Of a stretch of 57,392 bases of DNA, positions 23,083 through 30,989 are shown in pieces. The translations under genes and the position numbers were made by a program. The stretch comes from Vicinamibacterales bacterium (lineage in GTDB: Bacteria; Acidobacteriota; Vicinamibacteria; Vicinamibacterales; UBA2999). Location: contig DATLLC010000279.1 in assembly GCA_035538015.1 (NCBI GenBank), positions 1 through 57,392 of the forward strand, read 5' to 3'. Each line of letters starts with the position of its first letter. Within the stretch, counting starts at the first letter, position 1. Under the pieces are notes generated by a model that worked only from the letters and a program-made list of their open reading frames with translations, did no database searches and was not told the origin of the DNA.

Positions 23083-25302
23083 ATGCCGTTGGCCCGACTC
23101 GATCGCTGGCTCCGTGCCGACCCGCGGCACGGGCAGATTGCCACCCTCGCCGCGCTGCTCGGCTACGGCATGGTCTGGCTGGACTTCGACCTCACCATCT
23201 CCCAGGCCATTGTCACCATCGGCACGGCGCTCGGTGTCCAGGCGCTGGTTGACAGCTGCTCGGGCCGGCCACTCGTCCAGGGCGCAAAGAGCGCGCTCAT
23301 CTCGGCCCTCTCGCTTTGCCTGCTCCTGCGAACGGACCATCTCCTACTGGCCGGTGCCGCCGCAGGCGTCGCGGTCCTGTCGAAAGTCCTCATCCGGGTC
23401 CGCGACAAGCACGTCTTCAACCCCACCAATTTCGCGCTGATCGTCATGCTCGTAACGACCGACGCCGCCTGGGTATCGCCCGGGCAGTGGGGGACCAGCG
23501 CCCTGCTGGCGTTCGCATTTGCGTGCGCGGGACTGTTGGTCGTCCATCGGGCGACGCGGAGCGACGTGACGCTGGCGTTCCTCGCCTCCTACGCCAGCCT
23601 TGTCGTGGCGCGGTCCCTTTGGCTCGGCGAGCCGCTCGCCATCCCCCTGCACCGGCTCGAGAGCGGCGCATTCCTGCTCTTCGCCTTCTTCATGATTTCG
23701 GACCCCAGGACCACTCCGGACTCTCGAGCGGGGCGCGTGCTGTTCGCCACGGCGGTCGCACTCGGCGCCGCCTACGTCCAGTTCCGGCTGTTCCGGACCA
23801 ACGGCTTCCTGTGGTCCCTGGTGGTGCTCTCCCCTGTCGTGCCGTTCATCGACCGCTGGATGCCGGCGGCGCGCTATCACTGGCCCGGGGCACCAAGACC
23901 CGCCGGGCCTTCTCCCTGGAGGTCTGCGATGGTTCGACGCGTAGTGACGGGGCTGCTTGGATGGGTGGTCATCGTTTCGAGTGCGAGTGCGGCCGAGGCT
24001 TTCTGCGGATTCTACGTCGCCCGCGCCGATACCCGGCTGTTCAACAAGGCTTCGCAGGTGGTGCTGGTCCGCGACGGCGACCGGACGGTGCTGACCATGG
24101 CCAACGACTTCCGCGGCGACCCGCGCGAGTTCGCGATGGTGATCCCGGTGCCGACTCCCATCACCAGGGGCCAGATCAACGTGGGTGAGAAGGCGGTGCT
24201 GGACCACCTCGACGCGTTCACGGCGCCTCGGCTAGTCGAGTACTACGACGCCGATCCCTGTGTGGTCTTCGAACGCCGATTCCGCAGCGGGGCATCGATG
24301 TTAGCTGCTCCTCAGATGGAAATCGGGGATCGGAGCAGCGCGCGCAGCCTGGGCGTCACCATCGAAGCGCAGTACACCGTTGGGGAATACGACATCCTCA
24401 TCCTGTCGGCGACCCAGAGCTCGGGCCTGGAACAGTGGCTCCGGCAGAACGGATACCGCATTCCGCCCGGTGCATCGACCGTACTCGGCAGCTACATCAA
24501 GCAGAACATGCGCTTCTTCGTCGCGCGCGTGAACCTCGCCGAACAGTCGAAGCTGGGGTACGCCACGCTGCGCCCCCTGCAGGTGGCCTACGAATCGCCG
24601 AAGTTCATGCTGCCGATCCGCCTCGGGATGGTGAACGCCGATGGCCCGCAGGAGCTGTTCGTCTACGCGCTGACCCGCAAGGGCCGGGTCGAAGCGACGA
24701 ACTACCGCACCGTGAAGCTGCAGACCGACGTCGAGATTCCGGTCTACCTCAAGGACCCAGCCGAGTTCGGCCGCATGTACCGGGCGATGTTCGACCAGCA
24801 CGTGAAGCGGGAGCAGATGCGCGCCGTGTTCCAGGAGTACGCGTGGGACATGCGGTGGTGCGACCCATGCGCGGCGGATCCCCTGACCGCTGACGAACTG
24901 CGACGCCTCGGCGTGTTCTGGAGCGACGACGGCGAGCCTTCACAGCCGACGTGGCGCGGGCCCTCGGCCTCGCCCCAGGAGGTCTTCGTCACACGCCTCC
25001 ATGTGCGTTACGACGAGGCGCACTTTCCCGAGGACCTCGTGTTCCAGGAGACGGGCGACCGCGCCAACTTCCAGGGACGGTACGTGCTGCGCCACGCCTG
25101 GAAGGGACCGATGCGGTGCCAGGCGGGCACCGCATACGTTCGGGAGCTGCCTGCGCGTCGTGAGCGGGAGGCCCAGGCGCTGGTCGCGCTCACCGGTTGG
25201 TCGATCGACGATGTCCGCCGCCGGATGACCGACAACGGCATGGCGCCTCTGCCGGCCGATCCGGCCTTGCCGTGGTGGCGCCGACTGTGGGGCGGCTGGT
25301 AG
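23083..25302 (+). CDS. Fusion ORF: RnfD/NqrB-like polytopic membrane domain + DUF2330 domain
   Basis: I chose ATG 23083 because GGAGG lies 7 nt upstream. The N-terminal ~280 aa are multi-TM, with FNPTNFALIVMLV and FFMISDPRTTP (NQR2/RnfD/RnfE-family hallmarks). From MVRRVVTGLLGWVVIVSSASAAEA-FCGFYVA onward it is DUF2330-like (VVLVRDGDRTVLTMANDF, FAMVIPVP, WCDPCA). No stop separates the two parts. An internal GGAGG (23918..23922) plus ATG 23929 could also give a separate secreted DUF2330 product. Confidence 0.7.
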   Translation: MPLARLDRWLRADPRHGQIATLAALLGYGMVWLDFDLTISQAIVTIGTALGVQALVDSCSGRPLVQGAKSALISALSLCLLLRTDHLLLAGAAAGVAVLSKVLIRVRDKHVFNPTNFALIVMLVTTDAAWVSPGQWGTSALLAFAFACAGLLVVHRATRSDVTLAFLASYASLVVARSLWLGEPLAIPLHRLESGAFLLFAFFMISDPRTTPDSRAGRVLFATAVALGAAYVQFRLFRTNGFLWSLVVLSPVVPFIDRWMPAARYHWPGAPRPAGPSPWRSAMVRRVVTGLLGWVVIVSSASAAEAFCGFYVARADTRLFNKASQVVLVRDGDRTVLTMANDFRGDPREFAMVIPVPTPITRGQINVGEKAVLDHLDAFTAPRLVEYYDADPCVVFERRFRSGASMLAAPQMEIGDRSSARSLGVTIEAQYTVGEYDILILSATQSSGLEQWLRQNGYRIPPGASTVLGSYIKQNMRFFVARVNLAEQSKLGYATLRPLQVAYESPKFMLPIRLGMVNADGPQELFVYALTRKGRVEATNYRTVKLQTDVEIPVYLKDPAEFGRMYRAMFDQHVKREQMRAVFQEYAWDMRWCDPCAADPLTADELRRLGVFWSDDGEPSQPTWRGPSASPQEVFVTRLHVRYDEAHFPEDLVFQETGDRANFQGRYVLRHAWKGPMRCQAGTAYVRELPARREREAQALVALTGWSIDDVRRRMTDNGMAPLPADPALPWWRRLWGGW

Positions 25303-25313
25303 GGCCTCCGATG

Positions 25314-25346
25314 GTCACGGCACGGGCCTCACACTCGTGCCGTGGC
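25314..25346. other. Strong hairpin between convergent genes
   Basis: CACGGCACG (25316..25324), an 11-nt loop, CGTGCCGTG (25336..25344). The stem can be extended by two pairs. There is no T-tract on either side. Confidence 0.5.
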
Positions 25347-25363
25347 GACGTTGGTCCGGGTCT

Positions 25364-25414
25364 GGCATCCAGCAGTCGGCAACCGGCACCGCAGCCGGCA
25401 TCCGGCAGTCGGCA
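25364..25414 (+). repeat. 18-nt direct repeat GGCATCC(A/G)GCAGTCGGCA x2
   Basis: Copies at 25364..25381 and 25397..25414 differ at one position. A third GGCATCC starts at 25411. The repeat is intergenic. Confidence 0.8.
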
Positions 25415-25445
25415 TCCGGGGGCGACGGCGGCGGCATTTGAGCCT

Positions 25446-26369
25446 TCAGGGCGCGCCGCCGCGCGGGGGGTCGTGCACGGCAACCTCGCCTGGCTCTTCC
25501 CACTGCACGTTCTCCTCGTTCGCCCAGCGCTCGCGAATCTGCCTCGATCGCTGGCGGCGCCGCCGCACGGCCAGCGCCGCGAGGGCAATCACGCCGAGCC
25601 ACAGCGCCGTGGACGAGACGATGAGTGGGACCCAGATCGTCCAGGTTCGTTGGCCGCGCCAGAACTCCTCCTCGAAGCGAGGCAGCGACTGGGCGGTGAG
25701 GCTCGCGACGGCGAGGTCGAACGAGCGCCCGCCGGCCGCCTCTCGCAGCACACGGCCGGGCGCGTCACCGCCGTATTCCCGCATCAGATGCCGGACGAGT
25801 GCGGTCGACAGCACGTACGCCCGCTGCTGTGCGGCCTCGTCACCCGCGAAGTGCGCGTCGATTTCCATGAGGCCGAGACGCGGGCCAAAGAGCAGCGCGG
25901 ACGCGAGACGCGTCCGATCCTCAAGATCCCACGGACGCTCGACGGCGACGGCCAGCCCCTCGTGAAACCAGCGGGGCACCGGATGCCCGGCCGCCGCGCG
26001 ACTGATCAGCACGTGCGCCACCTCGTGGCGGAGCACGTCTTCGAGGGTGTCGTGGGGGTAGAGCGGGGAGCGGGACGGAAACAGCACGACGAGGCCTGCT
26101 TCTCCGATTGCGAAGCCGGCCGCCCACGGCGGGACCTGCCGCGCCCACTCGCTGCCGTCCTCCGCCAGGACAACCCGCATGGGCGGTCCGGGCGCGTCGA
26201 GACCGACGGCCCGGACGATGGACGAGAGCGGGCGCCGGTCAAAGCGCTCGAGCCGGGTCCGTGCGGCGGCGAGCGGCGCCGGCGCCTCGATGAGCAATTC
26301 GGGCGGGGACTGCGCCAGGGCCCGACCGCCGGTCAGCAGGGCGACGATCAGGACCAAGGCGAGGCGCAT
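25446..26369 (-). CDS. Peptidase-MA-like zinc metalloprotease-fold protein with a C-terminal TM anchor
   Basis: 307 aa with a signal peptide. It has HEVAH (LRHEVAHVLI) followed by WFHEGLAVAVE, and a C-terminal TM segment (WVPLIVSSTALWLGVIALAALAV) followed by RRRRQR. Confidence 0.7.
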   Translation of the reverse strand: MRLALVLIVALLTGGRALAQSPPELLIEAPAPLAAARTRLERFDRRPLSSIVRAVGLDAPGPPMRVVLAEDGSEWARQVPPWAAGFAIGEAGLVVLFPSRSPLYPHDTLEDVLRHEVAHVLISRAAAGHPVPRWFHEGLAVAVERPWDLEDRTRLASALLFGPRLGLMEIDAHFAGDEAAQQRAYVLSTALVRHLMREYGGDAPGRVLREAAGGRSFDLAVASLTAQSLPRFEEEFWRGQRTWTIWVPLIVSSTALWLGVIALAALAVRRRRQRSRQIRERWANEENVQWEEPGEVAVHDPPRGGAP

Positions 26370-26378
26370 GCCTCCAGA

Positions 26379-26903
26379 TTACGGGCGTTGCGCCTCCCAC
26401 GCGAACCACAGAACGACCGACTGGTCGGAAGCCAGCCGATACGTCCAGCGCTCGGAGGCGGTGATCGATCGGCCGTCCTCGGAGATCTGGCCGGTCACGT
26501 AGGATTCGAACTCGTAATCCACCCGGGCGCCGCCGCAGGGCTGGTATCCCGGCCTGCTCGTCGTCGCCTCGAACCGGTCGGCGTCAACCGTCCCCACCAG
26601 CTCGAGGTGATCGGTTGGATAGTTGCGGACGTCGTAGAGCAGCGTGATGGACTCGCCGTCACGGCGCACGTCGAGCAGCGCGTCCGACCGGGCGCCCAGC
26701 GACCCGCGGCGATCGAAGCACACCGAGGCCCCGGCCACTGACGTCAGCGTGGTCGTCAGCAGCCAGTAGCGGCCGGCCGGCGGCGCGACGGCTGCCGCGC
26801 TGGAGGGCACGGACGAGGGACTGAAAGGCGTCGCCGCTCTGGAATCACAGCCGGCCGACACGCCGATCGCCGCCAACGCGGACACGAGAATGAGCCGTCG
26901 CAT
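26379..26903 (-). CDS. Hypothetical lipoprotein
   Basis: 174 aa with the lipobox ..IGVSAG-C. It lies 9 nt upstream of the next gene on the same strand. I recognise no family. Confidence 0.55.
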   Translation of the reverse strand: MRRLILVSALAAIGVSAGCDSRAATPFSPSSVPSSAAAVAPPAGRYWLLTTTLTSVAGASVCFDRRGSLGARSDALLDVRRDGESITLLYDVRNYPTDHLELVGTVDADRFEATTSRPGYQPCGGARVDYEFESYVTGQISEDGRSITASERWTYRLASDQSVVLWFAWEAQRP

Positions 26904-27061
26904 GTGGACGCGCCCTGCCCAGGCAGGAAACTCCTGCTACTGAGACAGAAAACGTCCGCGAGCTCCGGAACGAACATTAACGCCCGGAAGCGCATGCACT
27001 GTGACGCCGTGTGGCTCAGCCCGCGACCACGCTGACTCGACTGTGGGAACGCGAGACGGCC

Positions 27062-28144
27062 CTACTGTCTGGCCGCCAACGGGCCCGCGGTCACCTTGCC
27101 CTGCGTGTTGGCCAGCGGACCCAGCTCCGCCGCCACTCCCCGGGCGATGGCTGCCGTCTCGCTGCCCGCCTGGAAGCACGTGAAGTCCGGACGATCCCGC
27201 CAGGCGAACGGACCGCAGAGGCGGACGCCGGCGTTGATGGCAGCATCGTGGACGATGTTGATCGCGCGTTCGTAGTCCGGCTGGCCCTGCCGGTAGCCGG
27301 TGAAGTTGGCCAGGTCGCCGCTGGCCGCGAACACTGCGGTCACGCCCGGCACCTTGGCGATGCCAGCTGCGTTCTGCAGACCTTCCAGCGTCTCGATCAT
27401 CAGGATCACCACGAGGTTGTCGTTCACGGTATTGCGATAGCCTCCGGGCACGCCGCCCCACATCGCGGCGTCGAACGCCTGGCCGCCGCCGTTGCTGCGG
27501 CGTCCGAGCGGCGGGAAGTAGGCCCAGTTCACGACCTCGCGCGCCTCCTCGACCGTGTCCACCGTCGGCACGACGAGCACGAGGGCGCCGGCGTCCAACG
27601 CGTGTTGAATCTCCCGCTCGTCGGTGTAGGCAACGCGCACGCCCGGAACGGCCTTGGCGTGCGGGCACGTGCGCCACAGCCGCGCCACCGTCTCCCAGTC
27701 GCGCTGATCGTGCTGCATCTCGGTCCAGATGAAGTCGTAGCCGGCGTTGGCCATCGCGCAGTAGGTGCTGGGGTCGGTCGCGGCGAAGAGCGTGCCGCCC
27801 GTGACCTTGCCACCCTCCTGCATCTTCACCCTGACCGGGTTCCAGGGCGCGCCCTTCGCCGGCGGATCGAAGGCGGCGCCGTACTTCCAGGTCGCCGGGC
27901 TGAAGGGTCCCGAGTTGGTCGACAGTGGCGGCGCAGTGTCCTTGGCCTTGCTGTCCACGCCGGCGGGAGCCGCCAGCGGGAAGTTCGCGGCGCCGGGCGC
28001 GGCGTTGGTGGCGTAGGGGTCGGCGGTTGAGGTTGGCGTTTGCGGGCGCGGCGCGGGTGGCTGTGGTGCGGTCTGGGGCGCCTGCGCGCCCATCGCCAGC
28101 GACAGGGTGCCGGCCAGCGTGAGTCCAAGAGCGAGTCGCCTCAT
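27062..28144 (-). CDS. HpcH/HpaI-family aldolase domain with a signal peptide and a ~100-aa Pro/Ala-rich linker
   Basis: 360 aa. It starts MRRLALGLTLAGTLSLAMGAQA, followed by PQTAPQPPAPRPQTPTS... The aldolase core is GYDFIWTEMQH...VRVAYTDEREIQHALDAGALVLVVP...MIETLEGLQNA...FAASGDL. GGGAGG lies 7 nt upstream. Confidence 0.8.
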   Translation of the reverse strand: MRRLALGLTLAGTLSLAMGAQAPQTAPQPPAPRPQTPTSTADPYATNAAPGAANFPLAAPAGVDSKAKDTAPPLSTNSGPFSPATWKYGAAFDPPAKGAPWNPVRVKMQEGGKVTGGTLFAATDPSTYCAMANAGYDFIWTEMQHDQRDWETVARLWRTCPHAKAVPGVRVAYTDEREIQHALDAGALVLVVPTVDTVEEAREVVNWAYFPPLGRRSNGGGQAFDAAMWGGVPGGYRNTVNDNLVVILMIETLEGLQNAAGIAKVPGVTAVFAASGDLANFTGYRQGQPDYERAINIVHDAAINAGVRLCGPFAWRDRPDFTCFQAGSETAAIARGVAAELGPLANTQGKVTAGPLAARQ

Positions 28145-28215
28145 GAGGATCCTCCCTGAGGCGTCGAGTGTAACGCGGACTTCGGCGATGCGACGATGGA
28201 ACCGTGATTCCTGCC

Positions 28216-29097
28216 TTACTCGACCGAAGCGTCCTGCTCGCGGGCGCGCTCGTAGACCGCCACCATCCGTGCGTAGCTGCGGAGCACAGGCTTCTCGATC
28301 AGCTTCCCGCCGACGACCAGCAGGCCGGTCTCGCCCTGGGCGAACGCGTCGAGCACCCGGCGCGCGTGGGCAACACTGGCCTCGTCGGGCGTGAACATCC
28401 GGTTCAGGTCGGCAATCTGCCTCGGGTGAATCGCGCCCTTGCCGGTAAAGCCGAGCTCCGCCGAGAGGGTGGCCTCCCTGATCAGGCCCTCACGGTCGTC
28501 GAGATCGAGGAAGGGGACGTCGATGGCATCGAGCCCGGCCGTGGCCGCCGCATGCACGATGCGCGAGCGCGCGTACTGCAAGGCCATCCAGGTGCCCTTG
28601 CAGCGCAGGTCGGCGGCCATGTCCACGCCGCCGAAGAAGAGCGCTTCGATGCGGTCGCTCGCCTGCGCGATGTGGTGGGCCGCCTCGAGCGCCTCGTTGG
28701 TCTCAATGATCACATGAAGCCTCGTGTCCTTCCGGTACTCCGTCAACAGGTCGGCCAGGTTCCGGACCTCCTCGGGTCCTTTCACCTTCGGTAGCATCAC
28801 GGCCTCGACCGGCTGCGGATACGTGAGCAGCGCCTGCACGTCAGCCATGCCATCGAGCGTGCGGAGGCAGTTGATGCGGATGACGCGTTCCACCCGGGCT
28901 GGACCGGCCGCGATCGGCAGGTGCGAGAATGCCGCCTCCCGCGCGATGGCCTTGTCCTTCGGCGCGACGGCATCCTCGAGATCGACGCAGACGATGTCGG
29001 TGCCGCTCGCCAGGGCCTTTGGGTACATGTCGGGGCGGGGCCCTGGGGCGAAGATGAACGTACGGCGCGGCCGCGGCCGGCGATCAGTGAGGGACAC
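28216..29097 (-). CDS. CitE-like (citrate lyase beta / malyl-CoA lyase family, HpcH superfamily)
   Basis: I chose GTG 29097 (VSLTDRRPRPRRTFIFAPG), giving 293 aa. The core is DIVCVDLEDAV...MLPKV...IIETNEALE...LFFGGVDMAADL...GKGAIHPRQI. Confidence 0.8.
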   Translation of the reverse strand: MSLTDRRPRPRRTFIFAPGPRPDMYPKALASGTDIVCVDLEDAVAPKDKAIAREAAFSHLPIAAGPARVERVIRINCLRTLDGMADVQALLTYPQPVEAVMLPKVKGPEEVRNLADLLTEYRKDTRLHVIIETNEALEAAHHIAQASDRIEALFFGGVDMAADLRCKGTWMALQYARSRIVHAAATAGLDAIDVPFLDLDDREGLIREATLSAELGFTGKGAIHPRQIADLNRMFTPDEASVAHARRVLDAFAQGETGLLVVGGKLIEKPVLRSYARMVAVYERAREQDASVE

Positions 29098-29129
29098 GCG
29101 GGGAGTGTAGCGCGGCCCGAACCGCGAAC

Positions 29130-30044
29130 CTACGGCCTGGGCGAGCGCTCGACCGGGTAATCCTTCCTCGACCAGTCCTCGAACGAGCCGTCGTAGAGCA
29201 GGACCTTGAGTCCGAGCGTGCGAGCGGCGAGGATCACCTGCGTGGCCTGTTGCCCGATGTGGCAATAGGCGACAACCGTGTCACCGAGCTTCACACCGCC
29301 GACTCCGAAGAGCTTCTGCAACTCGGCCGCGGGCCTCAGCCGGGAGGCCGCGTCGAGCGTGTCGCTGAACGGCACGCTGCGCGCGCCTGCGATGTGGCCG
29401 GTCTTGTGTGGCGCCCCCGGTCCACCTCCGGTCTGCGCGCCGCTATAGAAGGCGGCGTTCCTCCCGTCGACAATCGCGATCCCGCGAGTGGCGAGATTCG
29501 CCTTCACGAACTCGGCATCCACAATGAGAGGCCGCACCGTGAGCGGCTCGAGCGTGCCCGGCCGATCCGGCGGCGATTCGGTCGAGAGCGGATGCCCGGC
29601 CTGCACCCACGCGCCGAGACCGCCGTCGAGTACGGATGCCCGGTCACCAAGGCCGGCGTAGTCCAGCGTGAACAGGACGCGCGCGGTCGGCGACACGTAG
29701 GGGTTCTCGCGCCCGAAGTAGACGACGATGCGCGAGTGGGTCGAGATGCCAGCAGCGGCCAGGCGACGCCTGAGCTCGTCGGCGGGAGGCATCTGCAGCG
29801 TCAGGCCCCCAGCCGATCGATCCGTGACCGCCAGCTGCTGATAGTCCAGATATCTCGCGCTGCGGATGTGTCCGGCGTCGTACTCGGCGCGGGGACCGAT
29901 GTGCAGCACCACGAGATCCGGATCGGGAAGATGCTCGGCCAGCCACCCGGGCTGCACCAGCACGCGCGCACGCGCGTCGGGCGCCTGCGCATCAGCGCTC
30001 GCGGCGGCCAGAAGCAAGGCGAGGCAGATCGTCTTGTAGGTCAT
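29130..30044 (-). CDS. Tandem-rhodanese sulfurtransferase (thiosulfate/3-mercaptopyruvate type), secreted
   Basis: I chose ATG 30044 (MTYKTICLALLLAAASADAQA, a signal peptide). There are two rhodanese domains. The active-site loop is CHIGQQAT, followed by YDGSFEDW. The start is uncertain; an upstream TTG at 30083 is also possible. Confidence 0.8.
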   Translation of the reverse strand: MTYKTICLALLLAAASADAQAPDARARVLVQPGWLAEHLPDPDLVVLHIGPRAEYDAGHIRSARYLDYQQLAVTDRSAGGLTLQMPPADELRRRLAAAGISTHSRIVVYFGRENPYVSPTARVLFTLDYAGLGDRASVLDGGLGAWVQAGHPLSTESPPDRPGTLEPLTVRPLIVDAEFVKANLATRGIAIVDGRNAAFYSGAQTGGGPGAPHKTGHIAGARSVPFSDTLDAASRLRPAAELQKLFGVGGVKLGDTVVAYCHIGQQATQVILAARTLGLKVLLYDGSFEDWSRKDYPVERSPRP

Positions 30045-30131
30045 CGACAGGAGACTGGCATCGGCCTTGTCGAATGTCAACAAGAGACGGCGAATTTGTG
30101 GGGATGAAGAAAGGGATGGCTCACCGCGGGC

Positions 30132-30989
30132 CTACCGAGGCGGTACCAGGGCGACGCGGAAGCCGATGAACGCGCGCCGCGCGCCGGGCTCGGCGCCACC
30201 GCGCACCGTGGTACGCACCATCCGCGCCGGGTCGCCGTAGTGGCCGCCGCGGATCACCCAGAGGGCGTCCGCCTGCAGGTTCGCGCGATCGTTGGCATCG
30301 GTGTAGGGGTACGGCTGATACGGGCTGCTCGTCCACTCCCAGACGTTGCCGCTCATGTCCCGCAGGTCGTGCGGACACTCGGGGCACGGGAACTGTCCGA
30401 CCGGCGTCACGCCGGCGCTGTCGAAGTTCGCGCGGTCCCGCCGCGGCTCCGCGCCCCACGGATACCGGCGCCCGTCGTTCCCACGTGCCGCCTTCTCCCA
30501 CTGGGCTTCGGTGGGGAGCCGAATGCGCCAGCCGGATTGCAGGCGATCGACGACGGCCCCCGGGACGCCGGGCATGCGGGCGAGCGTGCCTTCCAGCCAG
30601 CGGCAATAGGCCAGCGCTTCGGGCCACGAGACGAAGGTCGCCGGGTGTGCGGGTGGCACCGCAATCGCGCGGGGATCGGTCGGCCGGTGGGACGCATGGA
30701 CGAAGGCGGCAAACTGCGCCACGGTGGTCTCGGTGCGCGCGATGAAGAACGTGGGTAGGTCGACCGTACCCTCGCCGGCAACCGACGACCAGCGTTCGTT
30801 CTCGAAGGCCTCGCCATCGCGATCGACTCCGGCGCCCATCGTGAAGGGGCCACCGGGCACCTCCGCGAGGACCGGAACGCTGACGGCGGCGAGGGAGGCT
30901 GGGGCCGCGGTCTGCGACAGCGGGGCCGGAGCGCCGGCGAGCCCGGACGCGACGACGAACAGGACAGCGGGAACCCGTCGGCGCGTCAC
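30132..30989 (-). CDS. Formylglycine-generating-enzyme (FGE/SUMF1)-fold protein, exported
   Basis: GTG 30989 overlaps the upstream stop (GTGA). The N-terminus VTRRRVPAVLFVVASGLAGA is RR-containing and signal-like. The core is FFIARTETTVAQF...SWPEALAYCRWL...RLPTEAQWEKAARG...MSGNVWEWT...IRGG. Confidence 0.8.
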   Translation of the reverse strand: MTRRRVPAVLFVVASGLAGAPAPLSQTAAPASLAAVSVPVLAEVPGGPFTMGAGVDRDGEAFENERWSSVAGEGTVDLPTFFIARTETTVAQFAAFVHASHRPTDPRAIAVPPAHPATFVSWPEALAYCRWLEGTLARMPGVPGAVVDRLQSGWRIRLPTEAQWEKAARGNDGRRYPWGAEPRRDRANFDSAGVTPVGQFPCPECPHDLRDMSGNVWEWTSSPYQPYPYTDANDRANLQADALWVIRGGHYGDPARMVRTTVRGGAEPGARRAFIGFRVALVPPR

